From positions 42,284,001 to 42,348,000 of the forward strand of contig OX597837.1 in the NCBI GenBank assembly GCA_951406725.2: a DNA stretch of 64,000 bases, written 5' to 3'. The notes beneath the pieces were generated by a model. That model was given only the letters and a program-made list of their open reading frames with translations, did not search any database and was not told where the DNA came from. The stretch comes from Octopus vulgaris. Taxonomy: Eukaryota. Within the stretch, counting starts at the first letter, position 1; each line of letters starts with the position of its first letter. The position numbers were made by a program, and so were the translations under genes. Positions 26,150 to 39,283 of the stretch are shown here, one piece after another.

Positions 26150-26700
26150 AGTGGCAGCAGTTGCCAGAATGTTGATGTATTTCACTACACCCTGCCAGAA
26201 ATCTCTGTTCTCCAATAGCATCGGTAGGTCCTGAATTTCATGTTGCGTGTTGTCTGCCAACAACATCAAAGTAAGTATTAAGATGGATTGATGTTTAATA
26301 TGGTACCAGTGGCCACTAAATCCCGCCCTGTGTTGAGTAACACTAGCAGCGGTAGGTGGAATGGGTCCATAAATCATCTCTTTAATCATGTTCTGAAGCC
26401 ATGAGAAATTTCGGGCCCTTATGACAGACCTGGTGTTCATACCTATTTCTTTATTACCCACAAGGGGCTAAACATAGAGGGGACAAACAAGGACACACAT
26501 AGGTATTAAGTTGATTACACTGAACCCAGTGCGTAACTGGTACTTAATTTATCGACCCTGAAAGGATGAAAGCCAAAGTTGACCTCGGCAGAATTTGAAC
26601 TCACAACATAACGGCAGATGAAATACCATTTAGCATTTCGCCCGGTGTGCTAACGTTTCTGCCAGCTTGCCGCCTCATACCATCAAGGTACCATCTTTAG
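26150..26700 (-). pseudogene. RTE-like LINE ORF2 C-terminal relic, split by a SINE family 2 copy
   Basis: Removing the SINE gives LDGMNTRSVIRARNFSWLQNMIKEMIYGPIPP....HRAGFSGHW...DLPMLLENRDFWQGVV, resembling the LDGxYTRxLR..LNxSW...LYG..P...RRxxFAGH...MxDRxxW C-terminal pattern. Confidence 0.6.
26444..26675 (-). mobile_element. SINE family 2, full length, TSD (t)catacc
   Basis: TSD at 26437-26443 and 26675-26681. Confidence 0.9.
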
Positions 26701-26713
26701 CAGTACGGTGTTA

Positions 26714-26756
26714 ATTCCAGACATGTTTCAATCTTATTAGATCTCATCAATAAAAC
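26714..26756 (-). ncRNA. Degenerate minimal type I hammerhead (C3>U)
   Basis: Minus strand: gtttta TTGATGA gatct-aata-agatt GAAA catg TC tggaat; palindromic stem III ACATGT, GUC triplet, wobble-rich stem I. Confidence 0.45.
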
Positions 26757-27139
26757 AGACATGAACTGGCGCTTCCAAACTTAGGACAACTCGACAGATA
26801 TATAAGGTTTTAGTGAACAATCATTGAGTGGTGTGTCAACTAAGAATGACTGGGAGAGGAGGGGAAACACACTTATTGTTAGTTATGTAGCAATACAAAT
26901 TATTTTATTGATATTTAAATCCTTTATCTTGAAAGAACAATGACAAATATAGGAAGCACTCGTACATTGAGAGAATTGCCATGGGAAAAGATATACAGTT
27001 GCAAATGTCTACTATTGATATAGATGAAGAAGTAATTAGAGAAAATTGCACTGCTGGGATTTTCCAAAAGTGAACTCTTTCCAAAATGAATGAGATAGAC
27101 TTTAGCTTTAAAGAGGAAAAGAGAAAGAGAGAAGTGAGC

Positions 27140-27156
27140 AAGTATGTGTGTGTGTG

Positions 27157-27192
<36 letters not shown>

Positions 27193-27650
27193 AAAGAGAC
27201 AGCCAGAGAGAGTAAGTATTGAGAAAGTGCTTGTGTATGTATAATCCATTATGAGAGAGAAAGAGAGAGACAAAAAGAGAGAGTAGGTATTGAGAAAGCC
27301 TTTGTGTGTGTGTGTGTGTGTGTGCGTGTGTGTGTGCAGTTGTATGTGAATGTTCATGTGTAAGGGAAAGAGAGAGAGAACAAAAGAGACAGAGAGAGAG
27401 ACTAGGTATGGAGAAAGCCTGTGTGTGTGTGTGTGTGTGTGCATGTGTATGTGTAAGAGAGAGAGAGAGAGAGAGAACAAAAGAGACAGCCAGAGAGAGT
27501 AGGTATTGAGAAAGAGCTTGTGTGTGTGTAATCCGTTATGAGAGAGAGAGAGAGCCAAAGAGAGAGACTAGGTATTGAGAAAGCCTCTGTGTGTGTGTGT
27601 GTGTATGTGTGTGCAGTTGTATGTGAATGTTCATGTGTAAGGGAGAGAGA
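27140..27650 (+). repeat. Composite tandem repeat of (TG)n/(AG)n blocks with the anchor agtaggtattgagaaag
   Basis: The anchor recurs about 5 times; a block of about 280 bp is duplicated (27190-27370 vs 27480-27650). Confidence 0.75.
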
Positions 27651-28216
27651 GAAGGGGGTGGGGTGGGGACAGACAGTGCAGATGAGTGAGAGGAGAGAAA
27701 TTAATGATCAAAAGATGCTTCTTTTTTCCTGTTTTGTAAAGGAAAGAACGGTTCTTGATTGATGGCAAAGACAACTAGTCAAATGTGAAACACTTCAAGG
27801 AGATACTGTAATGACAGACTTTTTAATCGCTGTGTCAGCTAATAGTGATAGTAATTGTCTCTCTAATTTAGACACAAGGACAGTAGTTTTATGGGGGGAA
27901 GGGTAAAGTCAATACAATCAACTTCAGAACTTAACTGGTCTTCTGTTTTAAAAACCCCAAAAAGGGATAAGAGGCAAAGTTGATCTCAAATGGATTCAAA
28001 CACAATGCATAAAGAGTCTAGAAATACAGGGCCAGTTATTTGGGGGGGGGGGCAGGGAATACGTCAATCACGTGGACCCGAGAGTTCAATACTCTATACT
28101 ATGCTAACATGGAAGTTCCACCAGTTGTACTTGACAACATTCCAGATTCCAGTCTGGGACTTTGTTTGACTCAAGACTTCAGCCCAGAACAAAAACAAGA
28201 AAAAAGAACAATAATG

Positions 28217-28573
28217 ACTAGCAGTATGACCCAGCAACGCCGGGTCATAGTGCTAGTGCATGCATATACAGCTGCGTGCGTGCGCACATACACACGAGTA
28301 CTATCCAAATCTCCGGCCAATCCCATACAGCTAGCTGGCATTCAATTGGTGTATCAAGTTTCAGGCATTTTGATTGGGTTTTGGATAGAAACTTCACAAA
28401 AAAAGTCACTTCTATTGATTTTTTAATGGCTTTGCAGGGTGACTGGGGAAATGTAAAGATGTCCACAACCACCCTTGAACGGTTTTGAATGACCATAGAA
28501 AGTGCGAGCCCTCTAACTAAAAAATTGTGGATTTGTATAAAGGACACACACACAGACAGACATTTTGCTGTTT
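28217..28573. mobile_element. Second Helentron-type (HINE-like) element
   Basis: Terminal hairpin actagca-g-tatgaccc-agcaacgcc-gggtcata-g-tgctagt (28217-28257) shares actagcagtat with 16805; aagtttca core; cacagacagac near the other end. Confidence 0.5.
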
Positions 28574-29271
28574 GTGCCACGTAGTGGGACTGAACCCGGA
28601 ACCATGTGGTTGGTAAGCAAGCTACTTACCACACAGCCACTCCTATATTTTTTGGGTTTTTTTTTAAATCAAACACCAATGAGGTAAAACATACATATTT
28701 TATACGGACTCCAGCATGATTCTACCTCAGAGAGAAGAGAAATTTAAATAACATGACAAATTCACTGTCTGATTCTTGACTGTTTCTGTAATTCTTCCAC
28801 AAAACCAAAATATGATAGACTTCCTTCTCTTGTTATATAATTTCTTTCCAAATTGTCTTCATTGAAAACAATTTAGAAATTATAATTTCATTATTTTCTA
28901 TTTATTTTTTTCTCTTTTTTTAAAAAAAATTTGATTACAGATTTAACAATAACACATTTTTTTCCCCCCCATTTTCTTTTTCTTGTTTTTCTTTATACCA
29001 ACTGTGAATATTTAGAATTATACCGAGTGAAAACAGGAAGTTGTAATATTCCTATCATGCTTTTAAAATACCATTTATAATATAAAATGTGATATTTGGC
29101 AAAATAAGACTAAAAATTTATGAATGCTTTACACTGGTAGTTGACTACAGTTTTTTTTTCTTTTACAGAAGCATGAAAGCTTAGAACCATAAGGACAAAA
29201 TAAGTTCTGTGACTATAACTAGAAATTGTAACTAGGAGAGAAAAGATGATGATAATAATAATCATCATCAT

Positions 29272-30425
29272 CAATTCTTTTATTAGCCACAAGGGCTCAC
29301 ATAAAACAACATTAAATGACATGCAGGAACATAAAAGATAGAAACAGAATGATACAAAGGTGCTTTAAGGTCCTTGTGGAAAAAACCCATAAAAACCACT
29401 GGTGCCTGATCAACAGGGCAAGAACCCTTCTTTTATTTCTCACAGGTGTATGCTCGGAACTGGTCCTTTCACACTGGTCATTCTACCAACATCCATTCAT
29501 CTTTGAACAAACTTGCTACAAGGCAACACTTCCCTCTCCACCCTCAACTTCCTTTTCAAGTGAAACTTGATAAAGTTGTTGAGGGCTTGGTCAAACAAGA
29601 AAATGTCTATCTTTAGCACTTTCAAACAGGTCTACCGTACTACCACTTTCCCTACAGCCACTAGATAAATAAAAATGCCTGCCCCTCCTGGCCAAAAAGA
29701 GGGTGGTGGAGCAATCTTCACAATGGATTCAGTTGATAGCCGGATCCATTCTATATGTGACAGCAGGTGTCCAACATAAACCCATGGGTCAGCAATACTT
29801 GGGCACTGGACTAGGGTGTGCAGAACAGTTTCTTCATTCTAAGCACACCTCGGGTAGGCCTGGCTGATAGCACTTCCGTGCCTGTAAAGTTTATCTCGAA
29901 CAGGCAGTGCCCCTCGGTAGCACAGCCAGGCAAGGAATTTCTGCAAGATAGCCCAGGCCCAAAAGTTCTCTGAAACTGGCTGGTTAGCTGATCTTCATCG
30001 ACACTCAAAGTTTACCCAAGAACATTATTGCACTTTCCCTCTACTAGCCCTCTATAGAACGCTTGAGTGGAACTACCACCAACCGCATTGCCCACCTGGT
30101 GGAGGGCTGTGAGTGCTTGATGGCACTTGAGGTGCCAAGCGCACCCCCCTGCTTGGTCTATGCCTAATCTAGGTTTGCAGCTCAGTCAAAGAGATGAGCT
30201 ATGGATAAGTGTGCCTGACAAACGGCAACCACACCTGCTCACTGTCAAGGAAATGCTGGAGATGCTGCAACCTCAGTGCATGTCTGCGCATCAGTAACCA
30301 CAGCATGCCCAGCCCCCCATTCAGTGGCTGTTGACAGTAGACAGAGAGCCTGACCAGCGGAATGTACCCCTTCCACAGAAAGTGGAAGAGTAAACGCACC
30401 AGCTTGGTCAACCAGCAAATGGAGC
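29272..30425 (-). pseudogene. 5'-truncated Tx1/L1-like LINE (ORF2 post-RT region plus 3' UTR)
   Basis: ORF 30199-30411 KLVRLLFHFLWKGYIPLVRLSVYCQQPLNGGLGM matches the L1/Tx1 FxFLWxG...P...GGLG motif; minus-strand end gcccttgtggctaataaaagaa followed by (GAT/TAT)n. Confidence 0.75.
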
Positions 30426-31980
30426 AAAAGGGTTAAAATTATTGCCGAGCACCAGATGCTTTTATAATTCTCAGTGGTTTAGACAGATTTGTTCTATGCT
30501 CTTTAGCATCTGTGAATGTTCTTGAACATAGCAGAGAAGAGTATAGCTTTAAGTTACTCAAGGATTTATAGACTAAGCAGTTTGTGTTTGAATAGGACAA
30601 GTCTATTCAAACTATTACCATTATCACTCAGCCATCATCTCTGTATAACCCTTCCACTATCATCCCTCGATTACTCAACAAGACACCAGTAAAACAAGAC
30701 ATGGCATTCAACCTGCCAATATTCTATATCCCCTACAACTATCCTTCACTGCTAACTTTCATTCTCTCTTCTTCATTTATCTTCTAGTTGATCACTACCA
30801 CTCACGCTTACTACTATCCATCTCAACTGCTATAAGGAGGTTGTCAAATGAATGGAAACAATGCAGGATAGAGAGGATATGACGACCTCTTTAGTGCTGG
30901 TGCCATGACAAACTGCACCCAGTACACTCTATAAAGTAGTTAGTGTAAGAAAGAGCATCAAGTTGTAGAAACCATGCTAAAATTGGACTGTACAGACATT
31001 GTCTGCAAACTGGTCTGAAAGTGGAAGGAGGAAACAGTTCTCAATAAAAAACAACTCTCATAGAAAAATGGACAAAAAATGTAGTAGTATAGAACAATGG
31101 TGGTAAAAGTAGTGATGGTGGTAGTGGCAGAAATAATAGCAGTGGTGGTGGTGGTAGTGGCATCAGCAGCAGTTCTTACAAAAGCACAACAGCCTGAGGA
31201 TTTAAAAGAGTATGGAAGTAGAAGTTTTGTGACAAGGACACCAGCCAAAAGTAACAGAAGCGACTCTAATCATGCCAAAGTGATTGTTCAGAAAGTTTAG
31301 TTAATCATATCAGAACATCATAACATTATGAAAGAAAAAAGATTAACTTTTCTATTTAACTTGTGCAAGAGACTATTCGAGAATTTAGCAGAGGAGATAG
31401 CTTTAAGTTACCCCAAGGTTTAATGGAATTGTGTCAGCTGCAATTTAATCTGTTGCTTGCTCGTGAAGAAGAGAAGCAAACGACGGACAAAGAAAGAGAA
31501 GTGGAGAACTGTCTTCTACAGACATACTCAGACATTTAATATTAAAATATCAAAATACTTTAATCAGTTGGAGATGAGATTTAAATTTAAGAAAGAAAAA
31601 AACAAACAAAAAAAACATAAAATTTGTAATAAAATAAAAATAAATTCGCTTTTGCTTTGCTTTTGAGACAATAATAAACAGGACAGAACTAATGTAGAAA
31701 ACAAAATAAACTCCTGTTCTTGTTCTTGTTGTTGTTCAGGTCAAACTTGATTGAGCAGAGAGAGATCGCTGATCAACAATGTTCCAGCCATGATGCTCTC
31801 GGTCAACTATCCAGGAATAGTATATCTTGGAGTATATTACACACTGTGTCCTTCCTTGTCTAAAACAGTAAGGTAATGGTAGGATGGGATTTGAGGCAGA
31901 TTTGAGACAGGACATAATAGGAATGCCTGCTTTTCATTTCTTGTTAGGTTTCCATTAATCTCAGTTTGTGAAGATTTTGT

Positions 31981-32207
31981 TTAACCCTTTAGTATTTAAA
32001 CTGGCCATATCCGGCCAAAATAGCTAATCTGTTTTATGTTCAAACTGACCAGATCCAGGCTCTCACACCTACCCTACAATGTTATTCTACATTAAGTAAT
32101 TACACCATCAACATCTTGAAGATATGAGATAATGCATGATTAATTCAAATCAATGGGAATCAATAAGCATTATGTTTGATAGGTTAATCTGAACGCTAAA
32201 GGGTTAA
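31981..32207. mobile_element. piggyBac-type (TTAA) MITE, family 1
   Basis: TTAA TSDs and CCCTTTAG/CTAAAGGG TIRs. Confidence 0.88.
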
Positions 32208-32855
32208 ACATACACATACATACATTTCTTTCAACAATCCGAGCTTAATTGCAAAATAATTAAATACCTTTCTTCAACGAACGACAAAGACCAGTAAGCA
32301 AGCTGAGCTGAAATGGATTCAAATTCAGCTGATCTGTGCAAAAGAGTTAACTGCACTGGTATGTACACAAGATATACATGGATGACACTGAGTGAGTGGT
32401 TAAGGGTGGTGTGTGCTTGCAGTGCGAGTTAGTTGATAGTGCAGACAGTGATGTAAGAAGCTGTACAATGGGTTCTCAGAACGTTGAGCCTTATGGATGA
32501 GATTATATGGAATTGAAAGGGGTCGTTAAAATGGATATTCATGACAAGCTGCCACTGATGGTGGTGATAGTAGTGGTGGTCTTGGTAGTGGTATTGGTGG
32601 TGGCGGTGATAGTGTTTGTGATAGCAGTGGTGGTGGTGGTGGTGGTAGTGATATATTAGTAATGATCATGATGATGTTATCGGTAGTAGTATCGCACTTA
32701 CTTCAAAGGAAGAAGTGAGTGGCAAAACGAGAGAAAGGAGGACAGAGAGGAAGTAAGAGAGAAAGAGAGAGAGTGAGAGAGAAAGAAAGAGTGAGTGAAA
32801 GAGACAGTGAGTGGTGATGGCATTCGTTTTGTAATTTTAAATGTTTCAGAAAGGA

Positions 32856-32890
<35 letters not shown>

Positions 32891-34735
32891 GAGAGAGTGA
32901 AAGAAACAGTATATGTGACGGCGTTTGTTTTGTGTTTTTAAATATTTATCACATAACAAGAAAAGTAGATAAATAGATGAAAAGAAAAGTTGATACATGG
33001 ATACATACAAACATTGTTGGAGAGAGGAAGGACACAAAGGATGTGAAAGAGAAAGACAGAAAGTGGGAGAAACAGTAGATACATAGAACAAAAGAAAAGT
33101 TGATACATAGACACAGCAAATATTGGATGTCACTTTCACTTTTCATTACCATACGAGGATAAAATTAACTCACAAGTGGCTGAATACTCCACAGACATGC
33201 AGTTCATTAACGTAGTTCTCAGGGAGATTCAGCCTCACACAGAACATGACAAGGATGGCCCCTTTGAATTACAGCTACAACTCATTTAGGCCAGCTGAGT
33301 GGACTGGAACAAGATAAACCTTTAAGTGGTTGGAAGAAAATGAAAAAAAGATCCTATATAGGGGCAGGAAAATCTTTTTAGTTGTTAGGGTCACCATGAA
33401 TGTTAATCTGGGTCCTAACAGTGGCATCTGTGGGTCTCACAGATCTGGAAGCCAAGCCCCCAGGTAAACACTGATGTGCAGGCTGCTGTTATCAAACTGA
33501 TCATGAGTTCAGAGCAAATACACGACAGAATAGCAATTATGTTGTCTTTGCTTTCACTGCTTATACTAAACACATGACATTTTTGCCTTATGATATGGAA
33601 CATCTCCTTTTCTTTCATTCTTTTTAAAAAATTGTACTCCATCAGTTACAACGACGAGGTTCCTGTTTCTCTGATCAATGAACAGTCTGCTCATCAAATT
33701 AATGCACAAGTGGCTGAGTACTTCACAGACGTGCATACCATAAGGTAGTTGTCAGGGAGATTCAGCCTCACACAGAATGTAACAGCAGACGAAATACCAC
33801 TAAGCATTTTGCTAATGTTTCTGCCAGTTCGCCGCCTCCTGAGAGAAGCCAGATCTGGCCAGTTCCAACATAAAACAAGTGAAATATTTTGGTTAAACAT
33901 GGCCAGTTTAAATGGTAAAAGATTAAGGCATTATCTTTCAATCACCAATTACGCTACAGGGGTCAGTTCTTCGACTGGCACAAGCACCTTCTCTTCAGCT
34001 ACAATTCTCCATTCCTTGTCCAGCCATCTAATTTGAAGAATAAATCCCAAATATTTTTTAGATGAAGGTCTATATTTTCTGCAACGTCTTTTTTGTCCCT
34101 TTCCGTGTTTCTGCTACAGAGAGAAGGATGGACCTTACACTTTACACTATGAATTGAAGATACACAATTTAGTTATTTTTCTCCCCACCACTTACAATAA
34201 CATAGCAGCTTGTTATGGTAAGGTATGTAAGGACTTTTTATAGACATACTATTTTAAAATCTAGAGTTTTCAAATAATCTACTATATTTTCTCAGCAGAT
34301 TCAGAGTTAGAAACTGCTTACAAACAAATACAAAATGTTCTAAGTATGAATATTTAAAAAGAGTCCTTTGACAAACAAAATTCCATATATTCGTTTTTTT
34401 TTTTTTGGTTTTTTTTTTCAACTACGAAATAAAGAGAAGATAAGGAAAATAAAAATGTGTAATTGTCTTACCAATATGAATCTGAAGGTACTAACCTGCA
34501 AATAGAAAAACACATGGAATTACTTTTATGAATAATGAATGAAAAGCAATATCGAAATTCTAAATTGTGTACATAGGTGTGTGTGTGTTTTTGTGTGTGT
34601 GTGTGTGTGTGTATAAGCAAAAAAAAAATTACTGAGAGAAATAACTCAAAATGGCCAGTGGCATGTATTTAAAAAACAGACAAATACAGGTATGTCAAAT
34701 GCCATACAAAATATCAGGTTCATACAAAGGTAATG

Positions 34736-35010
34736 TGTGGAGGTGCAATGGCCCAGTGGTTAGGGTAGTGGACTCGTGGTCGGAGGATCGCAGTTTTGAT
34801 TCCCAGACCGGGTGTTGTGTGTGTTTACTGAGCAAAAACACCTAAAGCACAACGAGGCTCCAGCAGGGGCTGGTGGCGACCCCTGTTGTACTCTTTCGCC
34901 CAAATTTCTCTCAGTCTTTCTTCCTGTTTCTTGAGTAACGTTGTGATGGACTGGCTTCCTGTCCAGCTGGGGGGAACACATACGCCATAGAAACCAGGAA
35001 ACCTGGCTAG
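34736..35010 (+). mobile_element. SINE family 3, tail variant C
   Basis: Family 3 head and body, then gtgatggactggcttcctgtccag...gaaaccaggaaac tail. Confidence 0.85.
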
Positions 35011-35099
35011 GCTTCAAAAGGGTGCATAAATAAGCAAAGGTAATGACTGATTTTAAAGTCTCAATTAAAAATGAAAAAGCCCATAATTGAGACAATATT

Positions 35100-35830
35100 C
35101 ATTTAACATAATTTCCATTGCTTTCTAAAACTTGACTCTATCTGCCAACAAGCTTATAAATGCCACACTTGTAAAACTGTTTAGGTTTTGATGCGAAATA
35201 TGAATCCAACTCATCTTCAACTTCTTCTCTTGATGTTGTTCTGAGACCATTCAAATGATTCTGTAAGTCCTCAAAACAAGCGATAATCAGAAAGAGCAAG
35301 GTCTGGAGAATATGGAGGATGAAGCAATATTTTCCAACCAACCTCTTCCAAGAGATCTTTGGTCAGTTGAGCTGTGTGAGGATGAGCATTATCATGGTGG
35401 AAGATGACACTCTTTCTGTTGACTAAGCAAGGTCACTTTCTGTTTAAAGCTGCTTTCAAATGATGAAACTGGTCACAGTAGAGATTAGCAGTAATTGTTT
35501 GATTGTTGTCTAACAGTTCCTAATGGACAATTCCTTCAATATCCCACCATACACTCAACATGATCTTCCTTGGATGAAGTCCTCCTCTTGGTTGTTGAAC
35601 AGGTCATCCTCCTCAATTGACCCACAATCAGTGGTGTTTAATGTTGTGGTAAAGAATCCACTTGTCATCACCTGTGACAAGCCTTCCTAAAAATGGTTCC
35701 ATAAGGTGGCGTGAAAGCAATGACTGACAACAAACAACACACTGTTGTAGATTCTCTGGGGACAGTTCATGCAGGACCCATTTTCCAACCACTGAAACTT
35801 TTCCGATCTTTTTTCAGTTGGTGTAGAACA
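35100..35830 (-). pseudogene. Mariner (Tc1/mariner DD34D-type) transposase relic
   Basis: Minus strand encodes VTGDDKWILYHN (35641-35680), VIFHHDNAHPHTA (35371-35408), HPPYSPDLALSDY (about 35283-35325) and LQNHLNG...YFASKPKQFYKCGIYKLVGR, with frameshifts. Confidence 0.92.
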
Positions 35831-35868
35831 GGTGTGTTACGTTTAATTGTTCTGCAAGTATACAAAGT

Positions 35869-35947
35869 ATACCAGTATACAAAGTTTAAAAGTGTTTAGT
35901 TACGTGGAAATTATTTTAAAAAACTGCCGTTCAAACTGAAAAGATCC
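35869..35947. mobile_element. Terminal fragment of the GGATC MITE
   Basis: ccagtatacaaagttt...aaaaactgccgttcaaactgaaaagatcc matches the right end of 11334-11750. Confidence 0.85.
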
Positions 35948-36209
35948 CATGTCCTTATTCTTTAGCTACCCAGAAAATTACTAATCTAAATTTTTAAATA
36001 GCAATAGCTTATCAGGTTGTAAGATTAATAGTCTCCCTGATTTGCATCTACATTTTTCGAATCTGCTCATTATGTGTGTGTATCTACTAAAAATGTTAGT
36101 CATTATAAGAAAATTCGTTGAAGAACTCACATTTTAATTATTTATAATTTTTTGCAACAATTTATATAAAAAAAAAAATGACAACTCTTCCTTCAAAATT
36201 CAAGAAGGT

Positions 36210-36473
36210 GTAGGAGCAGTTGTGTGGTAAGTAGCTTGCTTACCAACTACATGGTTTCGGGTTTAGTCCCACTGCGTGGCACCTTGGGCAAGTGTCTACT
36301 ATAGCCTTGGACCGGCCAAAGCCTTGTGCATGGATATATATATATATGTATGTGTGTGTGTATATGTTTGTGTGCCTGTGTTTGTCCCCCAACATCGCTT
36401 GACAACCGATGCTGGTGTGTTTACGTCCCCATAACTTAGCAGTTCAGCAAAAGAGACTGATAGAATAAGTACT
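36210..36473 (+). mobile_element. SINE family 1, 3'-truncated at the family C element
   Basis: The match ends at gaataagtact, directly before 36474. Confidence 0.85.
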
Positions 36474-36673
36474 TGACTCAAAACTATTGAAAAGGTTGCA
36501 AGAACAACGAAAATTTTAGGAAAATAAATATTTTTAAAAAGTGGAAATTTTACCAGTGAGTGTGTTACATAATAAGGCACAAAAAGAAAATGACTCTCCC
36601 CAGACACAACAGAATATGCTTCAACACACGAACTCATATAAAGAATCTTGCAAACCAAATCCCAAAACGAAAT
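36474..36673 (+). mobile_element. Family C AT-rich retroelement fragment ending in (TA)n (candidate Penelope-like terminus)
   Basis: Same sequence as the inverted element at 62846-63085. Confidence 0.7.
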
Positions 36674-37170
36674 ATATATATATATAAGAATAAAATCATT
36701 ATTTTAAACAGCAATCAAATCTAGTGGCAGCATTGGAATATATATGGGAAAAAGAGAGAGGGTGTGAGAGAGAGAGATGTTATTGTTTAAACAGTTATAT
36801 ATATGATGACACTGTCCCATGTTCCATCCCATAACTTTAAAAAAAAAACATTAAAACATATAAAATTTAAGAAAGTATTGAAATGTGAAACTACTTTGAT
36901 TTGTTTTCCATCAGTACTTCTCAAAGTGGGTGGTAGTGCCACAAGGTGGAAGGAAGTAGCAGGAAATGTTATAGGGGTACTGGGGACAAAGGGGGTTGTA
37001 GGAAGGGCACCAGAAGTATCTTTGTGTGTGTGTGTGTGTACATACACCACTTGTGTGTCTTTGTCTCCAAGTTGGAGATTAAAAGTAAATTTAAATGTAA
37101 TTCTACATTAAACTGCTCGTTAGCAAACTCCATGTTCACTCGAATAGTTGTGCCTGCAATCATTGTCCCT

Positions 37171-37561
37171 TTTACTCTCTTTTACTTGTTTCCGTCATTT
37201 GACTGTGGCCATGCTGGAGCACTGCCTTTAATTGAGCAAGTCGACTTCAGGACTTATTCTTTGTAAGCCTAGTACTTATTTTATCGGTCTCTTTTGCCGA
37301 ACCGCTAAGTTACGGGGACGTCAACACACCAGCATCGGTTGTCAAGCAATGTTGGGGGGGGGGACAAACACTGACACACATACATATATATATACATATA
37401 CATGATGGGCTTCTTTCAGTTTCCGTCCACCAAATCCACTCACAAGGCTTTGGTTGGCCTGAGGCTATAGTAGAAGACACTTGCCCAAGGTGCCACGCAG
37501 TGGGATTGAACCCGGAACCATGTGGTTAGTAAGCAAGCTACTTACCACACAGCCACTCCTA
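37171..37561 (-). mobile_element. SINE family 1, full length
   Basis: Reverse complement of the consensus seen at 8236. Confidence 0.92.
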
Positions 37562-37802
37562 CTCATTTCTTTTAAATATAATTGTTAAAACAATATCACC
37601 AGGCCCAGGAATGACAGGTAGGCAAGATGTAAACAAGGAGTGAATCTAGGTTTAATGGTGGTGATAGAAAGTAAAGAGAGTAGCTGATTATAAGGAATGA
37701 AATCAGTAGAGAAGGAGCTGTGGTGTTTGGAAAAGATAGTGTTGGAAATTAACAATAAATGTTATTAGAATACTTGTCATTCCAACATTTTACAGTCATC
37801 CT

Positions 37803-38325
37803 CATCATCGTTTAACGTCCGCTTTCCATGCTGGCATGGGTTGGACGGTTTGACTGAGGTCTAGCGAACCAGATGGCTGCACTAGGCTCCAATCTGATCT
37901 GGCAGAGTTTCTACAGCTGGATGTCCTTCCTAATGCCAACCACTCCGAAAGTGTAGTGGATGCTTTTACATGCCACCGCCACGAGGGCCAGCCAGGCAGT
38001 ACTGGCAATGGCCACGCTCATATGGTGCTTCTTATATGCCACCTGCACAGGAGCCAGTCCAGCGGCACTGGTAATGACCTCGCTCGAATGTTTCTTCTCG
38101 TGCCACCAGCACAAATGCCAGTAAGACGACACGTGTAACGATCACATTCGAATGGTGCCTTTTACGTGCCACCAGCATGAAAGCCAGTTTGTCGCTTTGG
38201 CAACGATCACGCTCGGATAGTACTCTTAGCGAGCCACTAGCACAGATGCCAGTCATCGAATTTGATTTCGATTTCACTTCCCTCAACAGGTCTTCGCAAG
38301 CAGAGTTTAGCTTCCAATGAAGGAA
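37803..38325 (-). mobile_element. Long RTE-like 3' tail with internal 60-70 bp subrepeats
   Basis: catcatcgtttaacgtccgc start; repeated tgc.ttttacgtgccacc.gcac units; similar copies at 40020-40250, 45255-45630, 45640-46030 and 46605-46850. Confidence 0.75.
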
Positions 38326-39283
38326 ACAGTGATACAACAACAAAAAAAAAAAAAAAAGAGGCTGTTTAGATTTTGGTTACATATGTAGATAGACCTGCAT
38401 TACAGTCAATACAGTATGGAATCATGTTATTTGCTTAAAGTTTTTGATTTACTCCATTGCTAAACAGTTTCTCACCATATAAAACCATTCTGAAAACAAA
38501 AAGATGAAGTTCATCTTTTCTTTTTTTTTGTCCAAATGACAAGAATCTTTTACTAGAAGCTGGACAAATTCTCAACTTTAAATAAACAGATCTACTTAAT
38601 TGAATGCATTTTTGTATGTTTATATACTCAAATGTATATTATTCGTGCTGTATACTATATTCAAATATTACACAATTTGTCTTGATTTACTGAAAAATAT
38701 GAAGCAAAAATTACTTTTAAATAAAAATAGAAATAAAAAGGCAACTCAAATGATTATTTATTTCTTGTAAAACCTGGTTTGAAAGAAAAAAAATGGATAT
38801 CTACCAAGACTTGTATGACTTTTAAATTAGTATAATGCATTTTTTCAATGTATATGTTGATTGTGAGAAAAAAAGAAATAGCAGCGTAAGAGTCTGCAAC
38901 TGTCATGTCATATCCTGATTGCATTACATTACCAGCTATCATACTGTTAAGCAAGTATTTTTTTTTTCTCTCTCTCTGACATATAGCCATGTTAAAATAT
39001 CTGTTTGCCAACAAATCAGGAAATGAAGTTTTACCTTCGTGAAATCTCAAGAATTGGAATTTTCCAAAAAAAAAAAAAAAAATTTTTTTTTCGTAATTTG
39101 TTTTTTGTTTATGAGTTTGGAAATTATTCTAGAAAGTATTAAATATTGTTTTAAAACAAACATTTCAGATTGAGTGCTTGGTTTGTTGATGTGTAAATGA
39201 TGCCCTGGCATTGTATATCTAACATAGAGATAATACATAACCCACAGAGTTCACACACACATATGTATAAATACACGCACATA

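Noticed and set aside
36912-36945. hAT/Charlie-like end cagtacttctcaaagtggg
   Set aside because: No matching second TIR or TSD found.
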